Origin: an uncultured virus (IMG/VR IMGVR_UViG_3300044846_003060)
Taxonomy: Duplodnaviria; Heunggongvirae; Uroviricota; Caudoviricetes
IMG/VR virus record: IMGVR_UViG_3300044846_003060
DNA: 64,000 bases
Strand: one strand, 5' to 3'
The translations under genes and the position numbers were made by a program. Below, piece after piece: positions 9,950-20,503 of the stretch. The notes beneath the pieces were generated by a model. The model did not search any database, was not told the DNA's origin, and was given only the letters and a program-made list of their open reading frames with translations. The number at the start of each line of letters is the position of its first letter. Positions within the stretch are counted from its first letter, which is position 1.

Positions 9950-12900
9950 ATGGCAACGTATTTACAAGGTGTCACAGACTATATTCCTCAGTTCCAACCA
10001 TTTCAACCGGACCTGAATTTCTATGCTAGTTTAATGCAAACTAAGCAGTCTCAGTATGATTCAAATTGGAAGGCTTTAAATAAAGTTTATGGTCAATATT
10101 TTTATGCTGATCTTACAAGAGATAACAATGTAAAAAAGAAAGAAGATCTTTTAAAACAAATTGAATTTAATCTTAAAAGAGTTTCTGGACTTGATCTTTC
10201 ATTAGAGCAAAATGTAAATCAAGCTACTCAAGTTTTTAAACCTTTTTATGAGGATAAAAATTTGATGAAAGACATGGCTTGGACTAAAACATACAATAGA
10301 GAAACAGGAAGAGCAAATGCATTAAAAGGTTCTGCAAAAGAAGAAGATAGAAAACAATATTGGGATACAGGCCTTAAGGAATTAAACTATAGAAAAGATG
10401 AATTTAAAGAAGCTACAGATGAAGAAGCTATGGGAATGGCCGGAGTCTCTTATACTCCTTATGTAAATACAATGGAGAAAGCTCTTAAGTTAGCTAAAGA
10501 TGCTGGTCTTTCTGTAGAGAGTGTAAAGTTTACTGATGATCAAAGATGGATTATTACCCAGAAGAATGGTCAACAACTTATTGAACCTTTAGAAAAATTA
10601 TTTGAATCAAGCTTGGGATCAGATCCTGGTATACAATCTGTTTATAAAACTCAAGCATATGTTAATAGAAAAGATTATGCATTCAGTAATGCTGGAGAGT
10701 TCAATGGAGATAAGAATGCTGCAGAGATGAAGTATCTTGAGAATAGTTTTAATATACTTAAGAAACAAAGAGACCTTCAATATAAAAGTATTCAAAAGAA
10801 CAGTGATGTTTATGATAAAAGAATCAATGATTTACAAAAATTAATTGATGATAAAAAGGCACCTGTTGGATCTGAAGATAAATTACAAGACTTAAAAGAT
10901 AACAAAAAGATAAATGATGATGTCTTAGCTAGAATACAAAAGGAATCTGAGATGTTTAGCAATTCTAATTCAACATCAACTACATCATCTGGTTGGACTA
11001 ACCCTTATAGTGATGTTGCTACTTTAAGATATAAAGTAGATGCCGGTATGGCAAGTACTTTAATGGAGAAAGATTTTGGAGAAGCAGCTCAGATATATGC
11101 TTATAGAGATGCTAAAACAAGTATTAAAGAAAATCCATATAAAGTTCTTGAGATCAAACATTCTCAAGAAATGCAACAGATTCATACTTCAGGTGCTTAT
11201 AAAATTCAAGCACAGCAAATGGCTAATCAGTCAAGAGAAAAAGTAGCTGCTGCTAAAATTCAAGCTGATGCTATCAAAGCTGAAAAAGAAAGAAAAGCTG
11301 ACTATGATAAATGGAGAGTTGAAACAGGTAATGGTGTATATGAAGAATATGAAGTTACAGATGCTCAAGGTAATAAAATAATTGACCCTAATACAAATCA
11401 ACCATTAAAAGATTTTAGGGTAGTTGGTAATCCAAATCAAAAGGTTACTACAAAAACAATACCTAATGATAACTTAACTCCAATACCAGATAATAAAAAA
11501 GCAAATGTATATGATGTAGAAAAACAGAATTTAGCTAATGCTCAAAAAAAGGCTCAAACAGATCAAGCATTAAATACTGTTTTTAATACATTAAATAAAT
11601 TACAAAATAAAATTGGTCCTGGAGATTTAGCTAAACTTATTAATCCTGATTATGCTCTTGCTAAAGATAAAGATCCAATGATGAGCGGTCTGTCAGCTTA
11701 TATGGATAATAAAGGAGGTATTTTGGCTGGAGCAAATCAGTATATGAAAGATCTAATGCTGGTTAGTAAAGGTACAAAAGACTTAATGAAAGTTGAGGAT
11801 ATTCAAAAAGGTTTTCAAGAAAAAGGTGCTGATTATTTAATGTCATTATCTAAAAAGTATGGTGATACCTATATATCAGGTTTAGTTGAAAGAGTTGATA
11901 GTTATCTAGCGGCCAATGCCCCATACTCTCCAGAGTTTGAAATGGAAAGACAAGCAATGCAGGGTTATGTTAAACCATTGAAAGATTATGGTAAATATGA
12001 AAAAGTTTATTTTCAATGGAAAGATAAAGCAGATAAAGCAGTAGCTCAACAAATGACTGCTCAAAAAGAAATGATAGCTGCTAAAGAATATAGTTTAAAA
12101 ATGACAGATTCAAGAGGATCAATATTTCAAACTAAAAAAGAATTTCTTGATGCTAATCCAACATATACAAAATTAGCTCAAGAAACATTTACTGGACAAA
12201 GTTATGGTAGTTCAATAAACTCACCTGGATTAGGTATTACTGGTACAGGTGGTAGACAAAGTACTTTTGATGAAGCAACTAATCAAGCATGGAATAAGTA
12301 TTTACAACAAGTAAATAAAATACAACAAAAAGGAGGAATACCTGCAGGTCCTGCTGCTGCTTCTATTAATGGTTTAGTAAACAATGTATTTCAAAATGCC
12401 GCTAATAGTGTTGTAGCTAATCAAAAAGGTGGGGATGGTAGAAGATACTATAATGAAATGATGTCTACTATTTTAAATAGTGGGATTGCATTTGATGGTA
12501 AAGATGGTATACTAACATATGGTGGTTTTAAACAATCTGCTATTAAAGATGCTAAAGAGGCAGAAACACAGCAAAAGCTATATACTATATTAAATGATTT
12601 CAATACTAGATTTAATGACTTTACAAAACCTCAACCAGCAATAGAAATTGGAGGTGTATTATTTGCAGCAGGTGAAAAAAATAGAGCAGGTAATTTTATT
12701 AGACTACCAAAAGAATTCTTAGATGGATATTATAATCAGGCAGATCCAAAAAAAGGATTCTTATCAAAAGATGAGTATGATGGATTATTGCAAAATGGAT
12801 TATCAATTATGGCCGATAGTGATAAGATTATGAACTCTCTTATTGAAGGTACTTTTACATCACCTCTAGAAGCTGTATTAAAATATAATAAAGAATTAAA

Positions 12901-13153
12901 TTTTGTAGATCCTTTAGGTGGTCATGAGCTTAATTTTACAGTTCCACCTGTCTTAAGTTCAGGTAGTAATCAGTATCAATATCAATCTAAAATAAATGTG
13001 TATAATCCAGAAACAGGTAAGTTAGAAGAATATTCCGGATGGGAACCTACATTTACAAATGGTCAGGATATAGACGGCATTATAAAAGATTGGGAAGATA
13101 TGTCAGCTCAAATCAACCTGCAAAATCAAAATATTAAATACGGATTAGAATAA
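9950..13153 (+). CDS. Putative virion cargo/ejection protein
   Basis: 1067 aa, helical/coiled-coil character, no Cys seen, directly upstream of the three giant genes. Confidence 0.65.
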   Translation: MATYLQGVTDYIPQFQPFQPDLNFYASLMQTKQSQYDSNWKALNKVYGQYFYADLTRDNNVKKKEDLLKQIEFNLKRVSGLDLSLEQNVNQATQVFKPFYEDKNLMKDMAWTKTYNRETGRANALKGSAKEEDRKQYWDTGLKELNYRKDEFKEATDEEAMGMAGVSYTPYVNTMEKALKLAKDAGLSVESVKFTDDQRWIITQKNGQQLIEPLEKLFESSLGSDPGIQSVYKTQAYVNRKDYAFSNAGEFNGDKNAAEMKYLENSFNILKKQRDLQYKSIQKNSDVYDKRINDLQKLIDDKKAPVGSEDKLQDLKDNKKINDDVLARIQKESEMFSNSNSTSTTSSGWTNPYSDVATLRYKVDAGMASTLMEKDFGEAAQIYAYRDAKTSIKENPYKVLEIKHSQEMQQIHTSGAYKIQAQQMANQSREKVAAAKIQADAIKAEKERKADYDKWRVETGNGVYEEYEVTDAQGNKIIDPNTNQPLKDFRVVGNPNQKVTTKTIPNDNLTPIPDNKKANVYDVEKQNLANAQKKAQTDQALNTVFNTLNKLQNKIGPGDLAKLINPDYALAKDKDPMMSGLSAYMDNKGGILAGANQYMKDLMLVSKGTKDLMKVEDIQKGFQEKGADYLMSLSKKYGDTYISGLVERVDSYLAANAPYSPEFEMERQAMQGYVKPLKDYGKYEKVYFQWKDKADKAVAQQMTAQKEMIAAKEYSLKMTDSRGSIFQTKKEFLDANPTYTKLAQETFTGQSYGSSINSPGLGITGTGGRQSTFDEATNQAWNKYLQQVNKIQQKGGIPAGPAAASINGLVNNVFQNAANSVVANQKGGDGRRYYNEMMSTILNSGIAFDGKDGILTYGGFKQSAIKDAKEAETQQKLYTILNDFNTRFNDFTKPQPAIEIGGVLFAAGEKNRAGNFIRLPKEFLDGYYNQADPKKGFLSKDEYDGLLQNGLSIMADSDKIMNSLIEGTFTSPLEAVLKYNKELNFVDPLGGHELNFTVPPVLSSGSNQYQYQSKINVYNPETGKLEEYSGWEPTFTNGQDIDGIIKDWEDMSAQINLQNQNIKYGLE

Positions 13154-13159
13154 TAAATT

Positions 13160-16100
13160 ATGGCAGAGGATACTGGAATACCATTTAACCCATTAGATCC
13201 ATTAGGACCTGATGTTGGAAAGGTTGATTTACCTACTATTGACCCAATTGGATTAAGTCCTTTTGAAGGTGATAATATTAATGTGCCTACATTAGAGAAT
13301 TATAAAAATGTGTATGATATACCAGCTGTTAATATATTACCTCCTCAATCCAGATTAGTTAACCAAGCTCCTAATGTAAGACAACTTGCAACTGGAACAG
13401 TTCCTGGTAAGACACCATCTCCTGTTAAATCATCAGCTTCTGATAGAGCAATGGCATGGATGGCTAAATGGAAAGGTCAGAATGCTACTAGGAATGCACA
13501 GCCAAAAGATAGTTTTGGTAGAATTTATTCTTACAAAGATGCTCCTAATGGAGATGCTTTTATGGAAAGATACCAAGCTTTTGGTCAAGAAAAATTTGAT
13601 GAGTTAGGGTTCTCTCCAATTAGAAATAATGAAGCATTATATAATGACAATACTACTTGGTGGCAGAGACATAGTAGAATGATGACTAATTCTTTTTGGC
13701 CATTGTTTTTTAGAGGATTTGTTTCAGGACCAAAAAGTTTAGCTAAAGCTATGACAGGTGATTTTAGTGCTGATCCTGAAGAGGCAGACTTTTATGAAAG
13801 AGCTGCTGCAATTGGTCAAGATAGTACAGGTGGTTTTGGTTCTTTCTTTAATAATACAGCAATGAACTTTGGTTATACTGCAGGTATAATTACTGAAGCA
13901 ATTGCAGAAGAAGGTATTGCTCTATTATTAGCTCCTGAAACTGGTGGTGCAAGTGTTGTAGCTGCTACAGCAAATAATATGAGAAAACTAGGTACTGTAG
14001 GAAAAACAATATCTATGTCTAGAAAGTTACCAAATTTTGCTTCAAAAGGAATGAATCTTAATAGAGCTAGTAGAGCTCAAGCAGTAGCTAGATCATCTGC
14101 TGCTTATGGTAAAGTTTTAAATAATAGTATTAAAGGAATTGGTGGAACTATTAATGGATCTAGAGGTTTTTGGAATGCTGTAAGAACAAATAACATAGTA
14201 AAATTTCTTAACCCTTTAGACAATACAATTGATGCTATAGCTGGTGTTGGTAAAAATTTAGATAACCTTACAGGACTAGCTAAAAGTTATCAAGTTGTAA
14301 ATAAAACGGCAGGTGGTTTATATAGAGACATGAGAGCTCTAAATATGGCTTTATCTGAAGCTAGACTTGAAGGTGGTTTAGTTCAAAATTCTACATATGA
14401 AAAATTATATAATGATTATTATATGAAGAATGGAGAAACTCCAGATGATGAGATGCAAAGAGCTATGTTACAACAAGCAATTGATGCTGGACAAGAAACA
14501 TTACTTTGGAATGTTGCTCTTGTATATGGAACAAATAAAATTACATTCCCTAATATAATGGGACCAAAAGGAGGAATTAAAAACTTCTTAAGAAGCAAGA
14601 CTGATGATATATTGAACTTAGATTCTAAGGTTGGTAAGATGGTTATTCGTAAGAATAAAGATGTTGTAAAAAAAGGTGGACTTAAAAATAAATACAAAGG
14701 TGAGTTTGTTGAATATAGTTTTAAAGAAACTTTAAAATCTTTTGCAAAAGATCCAATTAGAAAATCTGCAAAAGGTGCATTAGTATATCTTAAAGGAAAC
14801 ATTGCAGAAGGTTTACAAGAAAATGTTCAGGAAACATTATCAATGGGTCTTGAGAATTATTATGTAAATAAGTTTGAGTCAAATGCATTAAGAGCACATT
14901 TATTTAATAGGGCAGCAACTGAATACTCTAAGGATAAATCTGAATATATATCTGAAGCATGGAAAAAATTTAATCCTTTTACATCAGAAGGTTTTGAAAT
15001 ATTTGCCTCTGGTGCATTAATGGGATTATTTGCTTCTCCAATAAATCAATCTGTTGAGTGGGCTTCTATAGCATATAATAAAAACTTTAATAAAGAAGAA
15101 TACAATAAATATATTGAAGCTAAATCAAATTATGCTAAAGGTGTAGCTGCTACAATGAATAGAATGTATTCAGATCCCCAAGCTTTCTTTGAATCAAAAA
15201 TTTTCAACTATGCCACACAAGATCAAATTTTTTCTGCTAAAAAGTTTGGTTCAAGAAAAATAGCTCTTGATGCTTCAGATGAAGCTATTGTAGATACTGT
15301 TACAGCATTTTTAGAAACAGGTAACTATGATATGCTTAAGCACTACATAGGTGAATATAATAATATGACTGCTGAAGAGATTGAAGAAGATCTTGGGTTA
15401 GAAAAAGGCTTAGGTCAAAAATATAAAGATAGAGTTAATAATGTTTTAGATAAAGCAAATCAAATTGAAGAAACTTATAATGAGATCAATAAAAGATATC
15501 CATCTCCAATTAATTTAGGTGACTATAAAAAAGGAACTGATGAATATAAACGAGCTGCCATATTTAACTCAGCATGGAACTTAGCAAAAAGGAATGCAGT
15601 CTTTTTAAATAGTTCATACAAAGACTCTTTAGAAAGGATGTCTTCCATAGTTAATGCTGTATCTTCTGATCCAAGTTTATCTAAAACACTATCTGCAAGG
15701 GATATGGAGATGCTTACTAATGTCTCTAAAATGAAAAGTGAGAGAGACATGTTAAAGGCTGAAATTGATGCTGTAAAAGGTTCAGGAACCGCAAGCAGAT
15801 TTGATTTAACAGGGGCAGGTAAAAAACAGAAAAAACTTGATGCTTTAGATGAGTTCATTAAAGCTTATGATTACTTTCAAAATTATGAAGTATTTGATAT
15901 TGAAGAACAATTAGACTATCTTGAAGCTGAAGGAAAACTAAAAGATATAAAAGATAATGATGGTAATGCTTTATCTGAAAAAGATGCTAGAGAAGAGGCT
16001 AAGAAATTTTTGTTAGCTAAATTAAAAGTAGAACCTAAATCAGAAGAAGCAACTTTACAAGCAAAAACTAATTTAGAAACTGCTTATAAAAATTTCTTAA

Positions 16101-19100
16101 GAGCATCAGCTAATTTAAATGAGGGTACTTATTTTGAAGAGGGTGCTGATAAAGCATTTGAATTATTATTAGACCATTATAAACTTGGAAGAGAGTCTAA
16201 TATTATGGCTGACTATATAAACTTACTCCATAATCCAAAAGAATTTGCTGAACATGTTGAAAGAAATTATGAATGGATGTCCCGTCTATATGAAAACAGA
16301 CAAGACCATTATGATAAACTAGTAAATAAACAACTTGCTCATATAGAACTTAATGCTATTCTTAATGCATTAGCTGATAGAAATGTATTCATATCTGAGG
16401 AAGATGCAATAAATTTCTTGAGAAATCCAAGAATGATCCCTGAAGAATTTTTTGATAATACTAGAAAAGCAGTTATTAGAGAAGGTCATCCAGAGTATGA
16501 AGAACTTAGAACTTTATTTGTTATAGCCTCTGCTACTGCAATCAGAGGAGTTGCTGATCCTACAAATGAAGACTTAGAAAGAAACTTGGATTTCTTAGAT
16601 GAAGAAATGCAAAAAGAAATTGATGCATTACCTCAGATAGAAGTAAAAAGAGGAATCAAAAGTTTAGATACAATGGGAGATCCTTTTGTTGGTATTCAAG
16701 CTGTATTTGATCAATTAGGTAATGACCAATACATTGAAGTTTCTTATTTAGATGCGGCAGGTAAAGAACAAAAACAAATCTTTTATAAAAAAGATGATCA
16801 ACTTTATTATGATAATGATAAAGGTAACAAGGTAGAATTAGATGCTATAACAGCTCAATTTCTTGATGGAGATATCTATACATTAAAATTAGAACCAAAA
16901 GATCAAGAGGCTGTAAAAGAAATAAAAGAAAGGTATGCACAAAGAAGAATAGATTATATCAATAAGATGTCTGAAAAAGTTGCTAATACAGCAGCTGAAG
17001 AAGCACAGAATAGATTTATTCCTTTTACTAGTGCTACTCCATATGAAGATATGGATGTTGAATTAAGAGAACTTTTAGCTGGTGCCTACAATGAATATCT
17101 GGATGATAATCCAGAGTTGATGGAGAAAGTTGTAGATTTAGATGATTATGCTTATGCTGAGGAAAGAGATTCTTTTATTAGAACAAATAGAATTGCAAAA
17201 GAAATAATTGATAGATACAATAAAAAGAAATTAGCTGAACAAGCTACTACTCCAACTGGTGAGATTGAAGCACCTGTTATTGAGATAAATGGTCAAATGA
17301 TTGACTTTGCTACTTTAACCGATGCTCAAATTAGAAACAAGATTAGATCTTTGACTAAAGCAGCTGACAAGTTAAGTGAAGATATAGAAGCTTTACCTGA
17401 AGATAAAAGAAATAAAGCTGATATAGAAAGATTAGCAAAGATGAGATTTAACATAAATCTTGCTGAAAAGTATCTAGCTAACAGAGTAAAAAATAACAGA
17501 TCCGCAAAAATGGAGACTGTAAAAGATATTATCAATAGAGAGATCTTAAGGTTCCAAGATGGTATAACTAAAACTAGCAACAATAGTAAGTATGTAATTG
17601 ATGATGATTTATATACCCGTGTTACCACTGCTATTGAATCACTTAAGAAAGATGCATATAACTATAAGAATATCAATATAGTTTTAGCTGAGTTCAATAA
17701 AACAATCGGCCAAGGAAAATCAGTTGATGACTTTATAGCAGCTCTTAAAACAAGATTACCTATAGGTACAGATGGTATGAGTAAGTATGTATATAAAGTA
17801 CTTGCCAGAAATTTAAAACAAGTTATTGAGCCAGAAGATCCTAAAGCTAAAAAATTATCTGCTGATGAACTAAAAAATTATTTAAAAGAACAGATCTCTG
17901 AACTTACATATGAAGAAAGTAGAATAGGAGGTAACTATTTAGATGCTGAAATAAGAAAATTCCTTGATGAAGGTGAAGCTCAGTTTGATGAAACTAAGAT
18001 TGATAAAGCTGCTTTTGATGCAATCTTTGGACCTAATTCAGTACTTGCTAAATTAAAAACTAGACAGGACAATGGTGAAATAAAAATCTATGCTAATAAC
18101 ATTAAGTTATTTGATAAAGATTCTAAAATTGCTGGAGAGATTGACTTATTAATAGTTGATAGAGAAGGTGCTGTGTCTATAGTAGATATTAAATCAGGTA
18201 ATAAAGATAAGTGGTCTGGCTTTCATGATGCCGCTAATCCTTATTCTAAAAAGGAAACTTATTTATTACAACAAACAGCATATGCAAACATGTTTTATAA
18301 CATGACCGGCATTATGCCAAAAGTTTATTTATTACCTATTGAAATTGAATCAGATCCAAATGTTGACTTAGATGAAAAAACAGGTCTACCAATTGGAGGT
18401 AAAATACTTACTGCAAAATATGCTACGTCTCCAGTACAGTTAGGTGAAAATTTAATTGTATTAGATCCTAATACTGCATATGGTGATGAAACAATTCAAG
18501 AAAAAGTTGATACATTGATTCCAAGAAAAGAATTTGTTCCTGCTGAACCTGCTACAACTCCATTACAAGAAGTAAGTGATGAAGAATTTCAAGATTTTGT
18601 TGATAATAGAAATGTATCACAAAGTAGACTAGATGATATCACCTATAAAATATCTAGAGGTATTGAACTTACAGAGAGAGAATTAGCAATCAGTCAAGAA
18701 TTTGTAGCTGATATAAACTTTAAACTAATTCAATTAGCACAACAAGAACAAGAGAATCAAGTGGGTGATGATGCTGAATCTGCTACAGGAAAAGCTGTCT
18801 TAGATGAAGTAAGTAAAGCTCTTACTGAATCTGAAAAAGAAACCAGACAAAGAAACATTGATATATTAAATAGAAGAATAAGTATTCTAGAAAGTAGAGC
18901 TCTTGAAAATGACAAAAGTTTAGGAGAACTTCAAGATACTCTTGGTTTTTTACAAAATATGTTAGACTCATCTGTTGAAATAGCTGGTCTTGAATTTGAA
19001 GCATTAATGAATAGTGCTAATAGTTTGTATGAGTTAGCTAATAAATTAAAATCTGCTAAACAAGTAAAAAGGGGAGAAAAGATTAAAGCCAGAGCTGGTC

Positions 19101-20503
19101 AGTATGAAAAGGAAACTAAAGAGAAAGCACGTAAAATTACATTTAAAGAAGCTCAGTTTATTTTAAATACTGTTAGAAAAGTACAAGATGAAATAAGACA
19201 ACTTGAAGAGATTAAAAAAGATTTGACTAATCAGATTAATTATTACAATAATCTAAAAACTGATCCATCAATGAGACTTATTAATAAGTCTGAGATTAAT
19301 CAAAAGATTGTTAAGGTTAAACGTAAGATATCTACAATTGAAAAATTAATAAATATCTTAAGAAATGCAATTAGAAAATCATTAGAATATCTTCAAGAGT
19401 ATTTAAAAATCTTTAATAAATATAATACTAAACTTGATAGATTCAGAAAAGATACCGGTTTCCAAGAATTATCAGCTGATGAAATTAGAGCATTGATTGA
19501 TTCTTTAGATCCAAATGATGTATCTACACTAGATAGATATCCTCAACTTAAAAAACAATTTGACACTCTTGTAGATAAAGTTAATAAATCCATGGATGAT
19601 GTTGAGTTTACTGATGAAGTCATTCAAGTTGAAAGAGATAGATTAGAAGAATTAGTTGCTGCCCATAAAAAGTATAATGATCAATTAAGATACTTGCAAG
19701 AGTTATTAGAACCAGTTGCTGCTGATGCATTTTATGAAAGTCCTTTGTCTGATAAAAATGCACCTGATGCACCTAAACCAAAAACAGGTGGTACTCCTGC
19801 TCAACAAAGAATTCAAACTAGAATTGAAGAAACTAATAAAGAAATCCAAGATGCTAAAGATGATATGGGTGACACTGTAGGATCATTTAGTCTTAGTGAT
19901 ATAGAAGAAGCCCCTAGTGGACAACCTGCTGTTAAAACTGAAGGATTTAAAACTCTTTCAGATATGGTAGAAGCTGCTAATGATCTTATTGAATTAAATA
20001 AGATCTATGATGTAATTACTGACTATACTTTAACAGTAGATGAGTTAGATCAACTATCAGATCTTATTGATCAGAGAACTGAAGCATTACAAACTAATAC
20101 AGCAACTATTACATATAATGAAAATAATATTTCAAAAGGTGATAGATTTATCGTAAAAAATGCTATATTTATTAATAAGGAAATTTTTGCAGAACCAGGA
20201 AATTCACTCTTTATAGAATCTGTTAATGAAAATGGAGTTACAGTATATAAAGTGTTGGGAGGTGAAACAGAAAATCTTACCTTTGAAGAATTAACTAATA
20301 ATACAACTCTTGATAACATGTCAAACATCCCACAAGAAGAACCAGTAGTTCTATCTACAGAAGATAAAAATGTAATTAAATCTTCATTAGATGCAGCTAA
20401 TTCAATTACTACAGATGACTTAGATGCAGTTAAAGATTCAATTAAAAATAAATCAATGGATGATTTAGAGAATGATTTATTAGAAACTAATGTTTGTGAA
20501 TAA
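13160..20503 (+). CDS. Giant putative ejection protein with an internal PD-(D/E)XK nuclease domain
   Basis: 2447 aa; hydrophobic Gly/Ala segments near the N-terminus; GEIDLLIVD...VDIKSG...QQTAY nuclease motifs at ~18130-18290; long coiled coils; stop overlaps next start (TAATG). Confidence 0.75.
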   Translation: MAEDTGIPFNPLDPLGPDVGKVDLPTIDPIGLSPFEGDNINVPTLENYKNVYDIPAVNILPPQSRLVNQAPNVRQLATGTVPGKTPSPVKSSASDRAMAWMAKWKGQNATRNAQPKDSFGRIYSYKDAPNGDAFMERYQAFGQEKFDELGFSPIRNNEALYNDNTTWWQRHSRMMTNSFWPLFFRGFVSGPKSLAKAMTGDFSADPEEADFYERAAAIGQDSTGGFGSFFNNTAMNFGYTAGIITEAIAEEGIALLLAPETGGASVVAATANNMRKLGTVGKTISMSRKLPNFASKGMNLNRASRAQAVARSSAAYGKVLNNSIKGIGGTINGSRGFWNAVRTNNIVKFLNPLDNTIDAIAGVGKNLDNLTGLAKSYQVVNKTAGGLYRDMRALNMALSEARLEGGLVQNSTYEKLYNDYYMKNGETPDDEMQRAMLQQAIDAGQETLLWNVALVYGTNKITFPNIMGPKGGIKNFLRSKTDDILNLDSKVGKMVIRKNKDVVKKGGLKNKYKGEFVEYSFKETLKSFAKDPIRKSAKGALVYLKGNIAEGLQENVQETLSMGLENYYVNKFESNALRAHLFNRAATEYSKDKSEYISEAWKKFNPFTSEGFEIFASGALMGLFASPINQSVEWASIAYNKNFNKEEYNKYIEAKSNYAKGVAATMNRMYSDPQAFFESKIFNYATQDQIFSAKKFGSRKIALDASDEAIVDTVTAFLETGNYDMLKHYIGEYNNMTAEEIEEDLGLEKGLGQKYKDRVNNVLDKANQIEETYNEINKRYPSPINLGDYKKGTDEYKRAAIFNSAWNLAKRNAVFLNSSYKDSLERMSSIVNAVSSDPSLSKTLSARDMEMLTNVSKMKSERDMLKAEIDAVKGSGTASRFDLTGAGKKQKKLDALDEFIKAYDYFQNYEVFDIEEQLDYLEAEGKLKDIKDNDGNALSEKDAREEAKKFLLAKLKVEPKSEEATLQAKTNLETAYKNFLRASANLNEGTYFEEGADKAFELLLDHYKLGRESNIMADYINLLHNPKEFAEHVERNYEWMSRLYENRQDHYDKLVNKQLAHIELNAILNALADRNVFISEEDAINFLRNPRMIPEEFFDNTRKAVIREGHPEYEELRTLFVIASATAIRGVADPTNEDLERNLDFLDEEMQKEIDALPQIEVKRGIKSLDTMGDPFVGIQAVFDQLGNDQYIEVSYLDAAGKEQKQIFYKKDDQLYYDNDKGNKVELDAITAQFLDGDIYTLKLEPKDQEAVKEIKERYAQRRIDYINKMSEKVANTAAEEAQNRFIPFTSATPYEDMDVELRELLAGAYNEYLDDNPELMEKVVDLDDYAYAEERDSFIRTNRIAKEIIDRYNKKKLAEQATTPTGEIEAPVIEINGQMIDFATLTDAQIRNKIRSLTKAADKLSEDIEALPEDKRNKADIERLAKMRFNINLAEKYLANRVKNNRSAKMETVKDIINREILRFQDGITKTSNNSKYVIDDDLYTRVTTAIESLKKDAYNYKNINIVLAEFNKTIGQGKSVDDFIAALKTRLPIGTDGMSKYVYKVLARNLKQVIEPEDPKAKKLSADELKNYLKEQISELTYEESRIGGNYLDAEIRKFLDEGEAQFDETKIDKAAFDAIFGPNSVLAKLKTRQDNGEIKIYANNIKLFDKDSKIAGEIDLLIVDREGAVSIVDIKSGNKDKWSGFHDAANPYSKKETYLLQQTAYANMFYNMTGIMPKVYLLPIEIESDPNVDLDEKTGLPIGGKILTAKYATSPVQLGENLIVLDPNTAYGDETIQEKVDTLIPRKEFVPAEPATTPLQEVSDEEFQDFVDNRNVSQSRLDDITYKISRGIELTERELAISQEFVADINFKLIQLAQQEQENQVGDDAESATGKAVLDEVSKALTESEKETRQRNIDILNRRISILESRALENDKSLGELQDTLGFLQNMLDSSVEIAGLEFEALMNSANSLYELANKLKSAKQVKRGEKIKARAGQYEKETKEKARKITFKEAQFILNTVRKVQDEIRQLEEIKKDLTNQINYYNNLKTDPSMRLINKSEINQKIVKVKRKISTIEKLINILRNAIRKSLEYLQEYLKIFNKYNTKLDRFRKDTGFQELSADEIRALIDSLDPNDVSTLDRYPQLKKQFDTLVDKVNKSMDDVEFTDEVIQVERDRLEELVAAHKKYNDQLRYLQELLEPVAADAFYESPLSDKNAPDAPKPKTGGTPAQQRIQTRIEETNKEIQDAKDDMGDTVGSFSLSDIEEAPSGQPAVKTEGFKTLSDMVEAANDLIELNKIYDVITDYTLTVDELDQLSDLIDQRTEALQTNTATITYNENNISKGDRFIVKNAIFINKEIFAEPGNSLFIESVNENGVTVYKVLGGETENLTFEELTNNTTLDNMSNIPQEEPVVLSTEDKNVIKSSLDAANSITTDDLDAVKDSIKNKSMDDLENDLLETNVCE

